Shown piece after piece: positions 50,507 through 60,382 of a stretch of DNA of 64,000 bases. The stretch is taken from positions 1 through 64,000 of the IMG/VR virus record IMGVR_UViG_2974611114_000001. The stretch is one strand, 5' to 3'. Both the position numbers and the translations under genes were made by a program. Below the pieces are notes generated by a model, which saw only the letters and a list, made by a program, of their open reading frames with translations, was not told where the DNA came from and made no database searches. This stretch comes from a virus (lineage: Duplodnaviria > Caudoviricetes). Numbering within the stretch: position 1 is the stretch's first letter; each line of letters opens with the position of its first letter.

Positions 50507-52372
50507 TTACTGGATCTTACCGCTACGCACATCTGCATGCTTAACCCTACCCATAACCTCATGTTGCTTACCTGGGTTAAATGGTCTAGCACCTGGGTTA
50601 CCTAAGTATCCACATACCCTTCGTGTAATTTCAAGAGTGTTAGTATCGTGGTTACCACAAGCTGGGCATTCAAACCCATTCTCACTGGCTATGGCTTCGC
50701 CAATAAAACCACATTCACTACAGGTGTCAACAGGAGTATTAATACCAAAGTAATGAACCTTACTAGCAGCATAGTCAATTACCCACTCTAAAGCATCTAA
50801 GAATCGCTTCATATCTGGTAACTCTACATAAGCAATGCAACCACCACTAGCAATAGAAGTAAAGTTAGATTCATAATCAAATTTGACATCAGGAGCCACC
50901 TTTCTAGCAACATCTAAATGATGCGAGTTAGTATAGTAACCTTTCTCGAATAGCCAAGAATACTCAGGAAATTTATTAGCATCCAACTGGTTGAAACGAT
51001 TACATAATGACTCACTAGGAGTTGCATACAAACTGAAGCCAATACCTGTATTAGCCTTTTCAATATCACACGCCTCACGTATGTATAAAAGAACTTGCTT
51101 AACGAATTCGATACATTCAGAGCTCATAGTATCTACATTTTTACCGAACATTGCTTGCAACATCTCATGGCAACCAATATAACCTACGGAAATGGATGCA
51201 CGATCCTTAAAATGGTCAAATACTAAGTCCTTTGCATTCAGTCGCATACCAAAAGCCCCTGACATGTATAAGATAGGAGCAGCTTCTGCTCTTACTTTCT
51301 TAAGGTGATCCATTCTCCAATAGCATGCATTAATAGCCAGTTCTACCCGCTCTTCTAAAATGTCGAAGAAAGTATCAACATCTCCTTCTGACTCAATAGC
51401 GATTCTAGGTAGGTTTATGCTAACAACACCTAAATTATTACGACCTGCTGTCTCACCATCTTTATTGGCAGCTAAGAAACTTCTACAACCCATACTTACT
51501 TTATAGTCACCAGTAACTTCAACAACCTTATCATATGATATGTAGTCAGGATACATGCGTTCACTAGTACATTTAATAGCTAGCTTCTTAATATCGTAGT
51601 TAGGGTCACCGGGTTTCATATTAAGTCCAGGTTTAAGTACATATACTAATTTGGGAAATATAGCAGTATGTTTACCATTCCCTAATCCAGCCATTCTAGT
51701 ATTTAGGATAGCTTTCTGTATCATTCTAGCTTCCCAAGAAGTACCTAACCCAAATCCTAGAGTAACAAAAGGGCTTTGACCATTTGAGTTAAAGAGTGTA
51801 TTGATCTCATACTCCAAACTCTGCATAGCATCTTTAACTTCCTTCTCTACCATCTCAGTTGCCATTACAGCAGATTTAGCAACATCCCCTTTCAACCACT
51901 TCATTGCAAATGATAGCGCCTTATTATATGACGCCCTGACATACGGAGCATATATTTCATCAATTCTATCAATAGATGTTCCTCCATATTGGTGACTTGA
52001 CACCTGAGCTAAAATCTGTGCGGTCACAGCCACAGCTGTATCTAGAGACTTAGGAGTTGTAATATCAGCATTCCCTACTCGCATACCATCCCTTAGCATC
52101 CCTTCTAAATCTACCAAACAGCAATTAGTGTAGCCCATAGCAGAGTAGTCAGCGTCATGGAAGTGGATGTCTCCAGAGTTATGTGCTTCTAGGATATCTT
52201 CAGGTAGCATTTCTTCTAGTAATGCCTTACATACTTCACCCGCCAACATATCACGTTGAGTGGCTAGTCGTTCAGAAGGCTTATTAGCATTATTAAACCG
52301 TAAATCATCTTCCGCTGTGTTAGAGATTATATCTCTAGAGTTGTTCATCATACTTTTTAATTTTTCAGTCAT
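50507..52372 (-). CDS. nrdD: anaerobic ribonucleotide reductase (class III)
   Basis: IHFHD, TNCC, SMGCRS, TPSESLC, YYTNS, Zn site CSEC/CPAC, glycyl radical RRVCGYLG. Confidence 0.97.
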   Translation of the reverse strand: MTEKLKSMMNNSRDIISNTAEDDLRFNNANKPSERLATQRDMLAGEVCKALLEEMLPEDILEAHNSGDIHFHDADYSAMGYTNCCLVDLEGMLRDGMRVGNADITTPKSLDTAVAVTAQILAQVSSHQYGGTSIDRIDEIYAPYVRASYNKALSFAMKWLKGDVAKSAVMATEMVEKEVKDAMQSLEYEINTLFNSNGQSPFVTLGFGLGTSWEARMIQKAILNTRMAGLGNGKHTAIFPKLVYVLKPGLNMKPGDPNYDIKKLAIKCTSERMYPDYISYDKVVEVTGDYKVSMGCRSFLAANKDGETAGRNNLGVVSINLPRIAIESEGDVDTFFDILEERVELAINACYWRMDHLKKVRAEAAPILYMSGAFGMRLNAKDLVFDHFKDRASISVGYIGCHEMLQAMFGKNVDTMSSECIEFVKQVLLYIREACDIEKANTGIGFSLYATPSESLCNRFNQLDANKFPEYSWLFEKGYYTNSHHLDVARKVAPDVKFDYESNFTSIASGGCIAYVELPDMKRFLDALEWVIDYAASKVHYFGINTPVDTCSECGFIGEAIASENGFECPACGNHDTNTLEITRRVCGYLGNPGARPFNPGKQHEVMGRVKHADVRSGKIQ

Positions 52373-52397
52373 TGTTTCTCCTCCGATATATTGATAC

Positions 52398-52426
52398 ATT
52401 ATACCAAATCTGTACGTCTATGTCAA
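52398..52426 (-). promoter_or_regulatory. nrdD promoter
   Basis: TTGACA-17-TATAAT. Confidence 0.85.
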
Positions 52427-52576
52427 CTAAAATTTATTTATTCTTCCAGCGATAACAAAATATTAACAAAATTTTATTTGACAAGCTGAAAATTATATGA
52501 TATACGCACGTATGCGCGCTCGCGCGTTATAATAAAAGAAAGGATTCGATCTTTCAGGTAGTTTTAAAAATTGTAC

Positions 52577-52605
52577 TTGCAATTTATGTGTAAATGTTAT
52601 ATAAT
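52577..52605 (+). promoter_or_regulatory. phoH promoter
   Basis: TTGCAA-17-TATAAT. Confidence 0.75.
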
Positions 52606-52671
52606 ATTAAGTAAATGGGAGAACCTCAATCCTAATTTATGGATTCGAGACCTTAAACGGAGAGGTAATGC

Positions 52672-53400
52672 ATGGCTAAAAAGAGTAAGAAGTCAAGTAA
52701 GAGAAACCCTGTTAGTACAGATAATATCCACGATATTGGTTTGCCAGCGTCTAGTAAGGTGCTGAAACCACGTAACGAGGAGCAAAAGTCTTATATTAAT
52801 AAAATAAAGAATAATACTATCACAGTAGCTACCGGAGACCCTGGAACTGGCAAAACCTTTATCCCAGCAGTACTAGCAGCTATAGAACTTTTAAAGGGTA
52901 AATCTTCTGATTTCGAAAAGCTTATTTTAATTCGACCCAATGAGCCACTAGGTAAATCTTTGGGTATGCTACCTGGTACACTAGAGGAGAAGCTAGAACC
53001 TTGGTTAGTACCGATAGCGGATGGCATATCTTGGTACGCGGGGGAAACTTACTACAAGTACTGTATACGCTCAGGTAAGATAGATTACTTAGCAGTAGAG
53101 CATGCTAGGGGGCGAACTTTTAATAATGCATTCGTTATTGTTGACGAAGCACAAAACATTGGCGTAGAAGCTATGAAAGCTCTAGTAACTAGAGCAGGTT
53201 TAGACTGTAGGTTAGTTATCTGTGGTGATATTGCTCAAGTAGATATCAATAAGAAAGACTCTGGATTAGCCATGTTGATGCGTCTTAAAGAGAAGTATGG
53301 TAGTGCAGTTCCGTTTACACATATTGAGCTGATAGAGAACGTAAGATCCCCTGAATCAGCTCAATTCGTTAAAATATTTAAAGAAGAAGGATTAATGTAA
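52672..53400 (+). CDS. phoH: PhoH-like ATPase
   Basis: GDPGTGKT, LPGTLEEK, RGRTF, DEAQN, TR.G, GD..Q.D. Confidence 0.95.
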   Translation: MAKKSKKSSKRNPVSTDNIHDIGLPASSKVLKPRNEEQKSYINKIKNNTITVATGDPGTGKTFIPAVLAAIELLKGKSSDFEKLILIRPNEPLGKSLGMLPGTLEEKLEPWLVPIADGISWYAGETYYKYCIRSGKIDYLAVEHARGRTFNNAFVIVDEAQNIGVEAMKALVTRAGLDCRLVICGDIAQVDINKKDSGLAMLMRLKEKYGSAVPFTHIELIENVRSPESAQFVKIFKEEGLM

Positions 53401-53606
53401 TGTCTAATGTTATTGCTATTAAAACTGACTTATCACCAAGAACACGATACGTTTTGGAGAAGTGGAATAAAGTAATTGCTTTCTTTCCAAATAATAGAGA
53501 TATACATGCAATAGCAGTAAAATTAATACAAGAACATCCCTCTGCAACCATTAGACAGTTGTTAGATGTACTAAATAAAATTGCAGAGAAAAGAAAAGAC
53601 AACTAA
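53400..53606 (+). CDS. hypothetical protein
   Basis: TAATG-coupled to phoH. Confidence 0.6.
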   Translation: MSNVIAIKTDLSPRTRYVLEKWNKVIAFFPNNRDIHAIAVKLIQEHPSATIRQLLDVLNKIAEKRKDN

Positions 53607-53609
53607 TAC

Positions 53610-53640
53610 AAAATGCCGAGCCTAGTGTTCGGCATTTTTT
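53610..53640 (+). terminator. intrinsic terminator
   Basis: AAAATGCCGAGC-loop-GTTCGGCATTTTTT. Confidence 0.85.
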
Positions 53641-53666
53641 ACCTCTAAAGTTATTAAGGAGAACTT

Positions 53667-56600
53667 ATGGACTTGACAAGATTTTTGAAGCCTGAACAGC
53701 CTCAGACACAACTATATAATATTAAAAACGTAAGAAAGCGTGATGGCTCTATTGAAGAATTTGATGAGAGAAAATTACTAGGGTGGGCGTCCTGGGCGTG
53801 TAAGGGGAAAGAAGATCTTTATTCCAGATTAGTGAAAATGGTACTAAGAACGGAAGCTCGTGAGTACATCTATACCGATGAACTACAGGATATGTTAATT
53901 AGCGCAGCGGACAGCTTAATTGTATCAGAGCCTGAGTACGATGATGTTGCTAAACAATTGCTACTAGCTAAGATGCGTAAACAGGTATTTCAGTCAGATA
54001 GATTCCAGCCCCCAGGACTTCGCCAGTGGGCTGACTACTTGGCAGAAGCAGGTGCATGGCAGAAGATCACATGGTTTACGGACAGCGAGTGGGATCAATT
54101 AGAAGAAGCAATTGATCATTCTAGGGATGAAGATTTTACCTATGGAGGGTTAAAACAGTTCTTCGATAAGTATGCACGACGCAATGTAGAGCTAGAAGAA
54201 ATATACGAAACTCCTCAGTTTATGTATATGGGCATGGCAATGGCAATGGGTCAAACAGATGATTGGTCTATTCAGCAAATTATTGACTTATACGATGCAT
54301 TTAGCACCTTTAAGATTAACGTGCCAACACCACCTATGATTGGTCTACGCTCAGGTGACAATGGATTTGCATCTTGCTGTCTAGTAGAATCTGGAGATAC
54401 ATTAGATTCCCTAGATGCATCAGAGCATGTTGTGTTTAAGATGGTTGCAGCTAGAGCAGGTATTGGGCATAAGCTAACAACTAGATCTGTAGCAGACCCT
54501 GTTCGTAACGGATCGTTTTATCATATGGGTAAGATACCTTACCTACGCCATGCATTTGCTAGCTGTGCAAGTAATACACAACAATCACGTGGCGGTTCAA
54601 TGAATACTAATATCGCTATGTTTGATCCTGAAGTAATGACTATCCTGTCAGGTAAGTCACAGCGTTCAGACGCAGAGAGTCGTTTAGATAAAATTGATTA
54701 TACATTACAGGTTAACGGATTCTTATTAGAAAGAGCTTTAAAGAAGCAAGACATTACATTAATGTCTTACCTATACGCCCCAGAAGTGTACGAGGCATTC
54801 TATAGTAAGGATCTAAGTACGTTTGTAAAGGCATATGAAGCAGCAGAAAAGCGTCTATCTACTAAGACCAGAAGAACACGAGATGGACACTCAGTTCCTT
54901 TATGTCCTACTATTAGTGCTATGGAAGTATTAAATCATGCATTAAAAATTCGTATGGAAGTAGGTAGGGTTTATTTACAGTTTGTAGATAATACAAATGC
55001 TCATTCTAACTTTGACGAACCTATCACCATGACTAATCTATGTGTTGCACCAGAAACACGCATACTAACTAGTATTGGATACCAAACTATTAAGGATGTG
55101 CAGGATTCTGAAGTAACACTGTGGAACGGTCAAGAGTGGTCAAATACTGTAGTACGTAAGACAGGTGAAAATCAGCCACTACTAAATATAGAGTTTTCGG
55201 ATGGTAGTAGTATTAGAGCAACCCCATATCACAAATTCTATACCCCAACAGCGGGACGACGCGCGGATAGGGTGAAGTCTGTAAAGGATAAGTTAATAGA
55301 GGTTAGAGCTAAAGACTTAACTATAGGTATGAAAATGCCTAAGTTTGACCTACCAGTAATTACCGGCAGTAAAGAACTTACCAGTCCTTGGGCTAATGGA
55401 TTCTTCACAGGGGATGGTACTGTACAGCAGAATGGATCAGGAAAGCAGTACCATAAACTTTATTTCTATGAAGATAAGCGGGATCTGGTAGACAAGTGTG
55501 ATGCAGAGCTTAGCGCCGGACACCACGCAGATAATATGTCAGCTTATATGGTTAAGGGGTTAGAAAGTAAATTTTTCGTACCATCTGCTGAGTACACTAT
55601 TCAATCTAGAATTAAGTGGTTAGAGGGCTTACTTGATGCTGACGGGTGCTTGCAATCCAATGGTCCTACCCCCTCAGTAGTACTAAGCTCAGTAAATAAG
55701 CAATTTTTAGAGCAGGTAAGGGAGACGTTAGCCTCTTTAGGAGTATCCTCTAAGTTCTCCACCACTCGAAGCGCAGGACCACGTATGTTGCCAGACGGTA
55801 GAGGTGGGCACAAAGAATACCATACACAGGAAGTTCACAGGATTACTATATCATCCACTGGGTACTGGCAGTTATATGATCAGGGGTTGAGATTACACAA
55901 ACATAGTGATACACTAGGCAGACCAAATAGACCAGCATCGCAGTATGTAACCGTTACGAGTATAGAAGATGGTGGGGTAGCAGATACATTTTGCTTCACT
56001 GAACCCTTACTAAACTTGGGAGTATTCAATGGTATACTGGCAGGAAACTGTGTTGAAATCAATCAGCCTACTTACTGGTTCGATCATATCATAGACCTGT
56101 ATAACACTAATGAGGATATTAAACCTGGAGAACAGGGTGAGGTTTCTCTGTGTAACTTAGCAGGTATCACATTAGGTAAAGTCAAAACTCTAGAAGAGTG
56201 GGAATCGGTTTGTTACTTAGTGCTTAAGTTTGTGGACACTATCATTGATATTCAAGACTACGCGTTCCCTCAAATGGCTATAACCGCCAAGAAGCGTAGA
56301 AACGTGGGTATTGGTGTTATGAACGCAGCAGGTGCTATGGCAGAGCTAGGACTTCAATATGTAGGTGAGGAAGCAAGAAATTGGCTACATAAAGAAATGG
56401 AGAAGCATGCCTACTTCCTGCATAAAGCATCTGTTAGGTTGGCAAAAGAACGAGGTGCAGCAGATTGGTTCAAATATACTTTACCTGCTAAGGGTGTTTT
56501 AGTAATAGATACCTATAAGAAAACTGTAGACGAATTAGTATCAGTAGGCTTAGAACTAGACTGGGAGTCGCTGAGAGCAGACATTATAAAATATGGTATG

Positions 56601-57035
56601 CGTAATAGCGTACTATCTGCTCAGATGCCAGGGGAATCCAGCTCAGTAGTTACAGGGTCAACCAATAGCCTAGATCCAATTAGAGCTTTAGTAACTGTTA
56701 AAGGTAGTGGTACTAGTAAGGTTAAATGTGTAGCTCCAGGAGCCACTGACCCTAGTATCAGTAAACACTACATCACAGCATTCAACGTTCCTAAGGAAGA
56801 GTGGGTTAAGTTTAATGCTGTTGCACAGAAGTTCTTCAATCAGGCTATGAGCTTCAACGAATATTACAGATTCTCGGATTACCCAGATGGCAAAATACCA
56901 ATGGCAGCAGTGCTTAAAAACGTACTATTGGCATATAAGTATGGAATGAAGTCTATTTACTATGCCTGGTTTGATGATGATAACGGCGGTTCAGTACACC
57001 AACAAGGCTGTTCTAGTGGTGGCTGTTCTATTTAA
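53667..57035 (+). CDS. nrdA: class I ribonucleotide reductase alpha subunit, intein-containing
   Basis: ATP-cone VRKRDG, ETPQ, PTP, ASCC, TNL/CVEI, LCNL, C-terminal CSSGGCSI. Confidence 0.96.
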   Translation: MDLTRFLKPEQPQTQLYNIKNVRKRDGSIEEFDERKLLGWASWACKGKEDLYSRLVKMVLRTEAREYIYTDELQDMLISAADSLIVSEPEYDDVAKQLLLAKMRKQVFQSDRFQPPGLRQWADYLAEAGAWQKITWFTDSEWDQLEEAIDHSRDEDFTYGGLKQFFDKYARRNVELEEIYETPQFMYMGMAMAMGQTDDWSIQQIIDLYDAFSTFKINVPTPPMIGLRSGDNGFASCCLVESGDTLDSLDASEHVVFKMVAARAGIGHKLTTRSVADPVRNGSFYHMGKIPYLRHAFASCASNTQQSRGGSMNTNIAMFDPEVMTILSGKSQRSDAESRLDKIDYTLQVNGFLLERALKKQDITLMSYLYAPEVYEAFYSKDLSTFVKAYEAAEKRLSTKTRRTRDGHSVPLCPTISAMEVLNHALKIRMEVGRVYLQFVDNTNAHSNFDEPITMTNLCVAPETRILTSIGYQTIKDVQDSEVTLWNGQEWSNTVVRKTGENQPLLNIEFSDGSSIRATPYHKFYTPTAGRRADRVKSVKDKLIEVRAKDLTIGMKMPKFDLPVITGSKELTSPWANGFFTGDGTVQQNGSGKQYHKLYFYEDKRDLVDKCDAELSAGHHADNMSAYMVKGLESKFFVPSAEYTIQSRIKWLEGLLDADGCLQSNGPTPSVVLSSVNKQFLEQVRETLASLGVSSKFSTTRSAGPRMLPDGRGGHKEYHTQEVHRITISSTGYWQLYDQGLRLHKHSDTLGRPNRPASQYVTVTSIEDGGVADTFCFTEPLLNLGVFNGILAGNCVEINQPTYWFDHIIDLYNTNEDIKPGEQGEVSLCNLAGITLGKVKTLEEWESVCYLVLKFVDTIIDIQDYAFPQMAITAKKRRNVGIGVMNAAGAMAELGLQYVGEEARNWLHKEMEKHAYFLHKASVRLAKERGAADWFKYTLPAKGVLVIDTYKKTVDELVSVGLELDWESLRADIIKYGMRNSVLSAQMPGESSSVVTGSTNSLDPIRALVTVKGSGTSKVKCVAPGATDPSISKHYITAFNVPKEEWVKFNAVAQKFFNQAMSFNEYYRFSDYPDGKIPMAAVLKNVLLAYKYGMKSIYYAWFDDDNGGSVHQQGCSSGGCSI
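55041..56048 (+). mobile_element. intein (336 aa) with LAGLIDADG endonuclease in NrdA
   Basis: Starts CVAPET after TNL; block B ATPYHKF; WANGFFTGDG and WLEGLLDADG; ends NGILAGN before the catalytic Cys of CVEI. Confidence 0.95.
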
Positions 57036-57044
57036 TTATTTTAT

Positions 57045-57073
57045 TTGACAAAGGACTCCCATTATTATATAAT
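57045..57073 (+). promoter_or_regulatory. perfect sigma70 promoter between nrdA and inserted genes
   Basis: TTGACA-17-TATAAT. Confidence 0.85.
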
Positions 57074-57101
57074 ATATGCATATATTAATGGGAGACTAAA
57101 T

Positions 57102-57437
57102 ATGCGAAGATTAGAAGAGATAAACGATAGAATCGACGAACTAGAGAAAGAGATTCGTGATTTAAATAAGGAAGCAGAGCGTATTAGGGACAACTGTACC
57201 CACTCTGATGGTGAAGAAGTTTCCTTAAGTTTTGAAGGATACTCGCCATTAGCAGGCGGTGAAGTAGAGAGCTTCTCTGTTAAGTGCCTAACCTGTGGAT
57301 TTTGCACACAATATCATGGGATTTCTGATCTACTTCGTAACAGACCAGATCTAGTAGAGGATGCACTAAGCTTACTAAGGTCTCACGTATTAAATAAGGA
57401 AAATACCTATGCAAGACGAACTAATAAGAAAGTTTGA
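57102..57437 (+). CDS. hypothetical coiled-coil / Zn-ribbon protein
   Basis: ATG at 57102 with GGAG RBS; CTH...CLTCG. Confidence 0.7.
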   Translation: MRRLEEINDRIDELEKEIRDLNKEAERIRDNCTHSDGEEVSLSFEGYSPLAGGEVESFSVKCLTCGFCTQYHGISDLLRNRPDLVEDALSLLRSHVLNKENTYARRTNKKV

Positions 57438-57762
57438 AGAAGTACGAAAAGCGCTAGATGAAAATGAGAAAGAGAGAATACACTTACACGAGAAGCTATA
57501 TAATCTAAATAATTCTTGTAAGCATGAAGGGGAAGCAGATGTGCAGATGCTAGCTCACACATATGAGGGTGGTATTGCAAAGTTTATTCCTATATGCTCT
57601 ATTTGCGGAAACCCAATTAATGGATATCCTATAGAATCAAATCCATTAACACTGCAAGAGCTAGTAATACAGTTTCCAGACTTAATTGATAAAGCGGTTT
57701 CCAAGATAAAAGAGGCAGAAAGAGAATTACGTAAAGCAGAATTAGCGTTTTATGGCAACTAA
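57409..57762 (+). CDS. hypothetical coiled-coil / Zn-ribbon protein (paralog of the upstream ORF)
   Basis: AAGGA RBS; CKH...CSICG. Confidence 0.7.
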   Translation: MQDELIRKFEEVRKALDENEKERIHLHEKLYNLNNSCKHEGEADVQMLAHTYEGGIAKFIPICSICGNPINGYPIESNPLTLQELVIQFPDLIDKAVSKIKEAERELRKAELAFYGN

Positions 57763-57772
57763 GGAGTAATAA

Positions 57773-58876
57773 ATGTCAACACTATTAAACTTATCAAAAG
57801 ACCCTAACGACGCCACACTATTTCTAGGGGAGGAACTAGGGCTATCTGATTACATTCAGATGGCACACCCACAGCTAAATGAATTAACATTGCTTCAAAG
57901 ATCGCAGTATTGGATTGAGACAGAGGTATTAATGTCAAATGATAGAAAGCAGTGGGGTACGATTCATCCTAACTTCCAGCGTATTACTCTAGATAATCTA
58001 TCCTGGCAAACAATGACAGATACTTTTGTATCCAGAGCACCAGAACAAGTACTACTGCCATTAGTATCTAGACCAGAATTGGAATCCATGATTAAGTGGT
58101 GGTCTATCTTTGAAGAGATCCATAGTCGTGCGTATTCTAATATTATTCAGAACGTGGTTCCTTTACCAGAAGATTATATCGCTAATATTATGCGAGACTT
58201 CACTGCACTAGGTCGTATTGAAGATACTATTAAGTTCTTTGATGAATTAAATGTACTATCACTTAAATTCCAGTTAGGAGATAGAAGCCCAGTATTAGTG
58301 GACGAGTTAAGATCCACAATTCTACGTGCATATGTAAGAATCTATGCATTAGAGGCAATTCAGTTTTATGCGTCCTTTGCGTGTACATTTGCATTGGCAG
58401 AGGAAGATATTCTACCCGGAATCGCCAGTAACTTGAAGCTTATTGCTAGAGATGAGGCTTTACATACCAAAATGAGTAAAGCTGTAATTGACATTCTAGT
58501 AAAGCAATTACCAGACTGGATGGTAAATAAAGCTTTCGAAGAAGCCCCAGCAGTATTACTAGACGTATTAAACAGAGAAAAGGAATGGGGTAACTATATC
58601 TTCCGTGGTGGAGTGACACTGCCTAAGTTAGACTCAGAAAGACTGCAAGCGTACCTAGACTATATTGGTGGGCTGGCATTTGGTCTTATTGGTATTAGTA
58701 TTCCCTCATCTATGAACCATGTTAAAGAAGATCCTCTTTTATTTATGAACGACTATTTAGACACAGGGCACTTCCAAGTAGCACCTCAGGAAGCAAGTGT
58801 AGATAAGTATCGTGTAGCCCAAACAGTGGCTGCCTCAGATGAGGAACTATCTGAGTTAGGAGATTTCTTACTTTGA
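57773..58876 (+). CDS. nrdB: ribonucleotide reductase beta subunit
   Basis: EEIHSRAY, LEAIQFYASFA, IARDEALH, APQE. Confidence 0.96.
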   Translation: MSTLLNLSKDPNDATLFLGEELGLSDYIQMAHPQLNELTLLQRSQYWIETEVLMSNDRKQWGTIHPNFQRITLDNLSWQTMTDTFVSRAPEQVLLPLVSRPELESMIKWWSIFEEIHSRAYSNIIQNVVPLPEDYIANIMRDFTALGRIEDTIKFFDELNVLSLKFQLGDRSPVLVDELRSTILRAYVRIYALEAIQFYASFACTFALAEEDILPGIASNLKLIARDEALHTKMSKAVIDILVKQLPDWMVNKAFEEAPAVLLDVLNREKEWGNYIFRGGVTLPKLDSERLQAYLDYIGGLAFGLIGISIPSSMNHVKEDPLLFMNDYLDTGHFQVAPQEASVDKYRVAQTVAASDEELSELGDFLL

Positions 58877-59412
58877 TTTCATTACACTTTGCAGTAGGTA
58901 GTGCAGGAGAGTTTGGGCTAAATGGGAAGCTGCCTTGGGGCAGTATTCCCAAAGAGCTAGAAACCTTTTGGAAGGGTCTCAAGTCTGAAAAGCCCAATCA
59001 TATAGTTATGGGTAGAAACACGTTTAATTCACTGCCTAAGGCAGTAATTGATAGACTTAAAGAGCTATCAGCACTGAAGGTAGTAGATCTGGAACGTGAA
59101 CTAACACCAAAAGAAAACACAAAATTGTTATACGATACATTAACTTCTCTAGGTGGAAAAGTGGCTGTTATTGGTGGAGCATTTATTCTTAATACCATAC
59201 TCACGAATATGATAGAATTAGTAGATAAGATGTATATATCAGTAATGCACCTGTCAATGGTTAATCCTAGAACTATGTCCTATGAGCCAATGAAAGCTGA
59301 TACATATCTAGATATGGCTCAACTAAACTTTATATTCGATAATCTAGCACATAGACGAACTATAGTTGAGGTAGACTCAGAATTCACATCAATGATTATG
59401 GAGATGCAATAA
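58873..59412 (+). CDS. dihydrofolate reductase
   Basis: GKLPW, VMGRNTF.SLP, VIGG, ADTY. Confidence 0.9.
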   Translation: MISLHFAVGSAGEFGLNGKLPWGSIPKELETFWKGLKSEKPNHIVMGRNTFNSLPKAVIDRLKELSALKVVDLERELTPKENTKLLYDTLTSLGGKVAVIGGAFILNTILTNMIELVDKMYISVMHLSMVNPRTMSYEPMKADTYLDMAQLNFIFDNLAHRRTIVEVDSEFTSMIMEMQ

Positions 59413-60282
59413 ATGAAACAGTACCTAGAATTAGCTCAACGCATTATAGATTCTGGTGAGTGGATAGAGAATAAACGAACTGGCGTTCGTTGCAAAACTG
59501 TTATAGATGCATCACTAGAATATGATGTAGGTGCAGGAGAGCTCCCTTTACTAACAACACGTAAAATGTACCCCAACGCAGCTATCGCTGAATTATTAGG
59601 ATATTTACGTGGATACAGCAATGCCAATCAGTTTGCTGAGATAGGGTGTAATACTTGGCACGCAAATTCTAATGAAAACCAAGCTTGGTTAGAAAACCCC
59701 AATCGACAAGGACATGGAGATATGGGTAGGGTATACGGAGTACAGGGTAGGGAATGGAGATCATATGATCCCAATATATCACCTGATTATAAGACCACTG
59801 ACCAGTTACTTAAAGTCTATAACAATCTAAAGAAAGGTATAGACGATAGGGGAGAAATAATCACATTCTGGAATCCTGGGGAATTTGATCAGGGTTGCCT
59901 ACGCCCATGTATGCATACCCATAACTTCTCTATTCTAGGAGACAGACTATTCTTAACTTCCTATCAACGAAGCTGTGATGTGCCTCTAGGATTAGCGTTT
60001 AATATGGTACAATGCTATACATTACTTGACATTATGAGTAGAGTAACTGGCATTAAAGCAGGGAAAGCTTACCATAAAATTATAAATGCTCATATTTATG
60101 AAAATCAGATTCCTACAATTATGGAACAGTTAGCTAGAACCCCTTCTAATATCCAACCTGGGTTAGTAATATCAGACAGAATACAAACATTGGATGATGT
60201 ACTATATAAAGCAACTACTGACGATTTTCAAATAGTTAATTATGTTCCACAGCCAGCAATTAGGCACCCATTTACAGTCTAA
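59413..60282 (+). CDS. thyA: thymidylate synthase
   Basis: RTG, PLLTTRK, YGVQ, LRPCMH, YQRSCD..LG..FN, HIYEN. Confidence 0.97.
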   Translation: MKQYLELAQRIIDSGEWIENKRTGVRCKTVIDASLEYDVGAGELPLLTTRKMYPNAAIAELLGYLRGYSNANQFAEIGCNTWHANSNENQAWLENPNRQGHGDMGRVYGVQGREWRSYDPNISPDYKTTDQLLKVYNNLKKGIDDRGEIITFWNPGEFDQGCLRPCMHTHNFSILGDRLFLTSYQRSCDVPLGLAFNMVQCYTLLDIMSRVTGIKAGKAYHKIINAHIYENQIPTIMEQLARTPSNIQPGLVISDRIQTLDDVLYKATTDDFQIVNYVPQPAIRHPFTV

Positions 60283-60287
60283 ACTAT

Positions 60288-60311
60288 TATAATAGCCCGA
60301 AAGGGCTATTA
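60288..60311 (+). terminator. terminator-like hairpin after thyA
   Basis: ATAATAGCCC-GAAA-GGGCTATTAT. Confidence 0.7.
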
Positions 60312-60326
60312 TCTCAAATATTTTAG

Positions 60327-60355
60327 TTGACATCTTGTAGAATATTTGAGATAAT
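60327..60355 (+). promoter_or_regulatory. promoter for RNase H
   Basis: TTGACA-17-GATAAT. Confidence 0.7.
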
Positions 60356-60382
60356 ATTTACTAAATAAACACGGAGATACAA

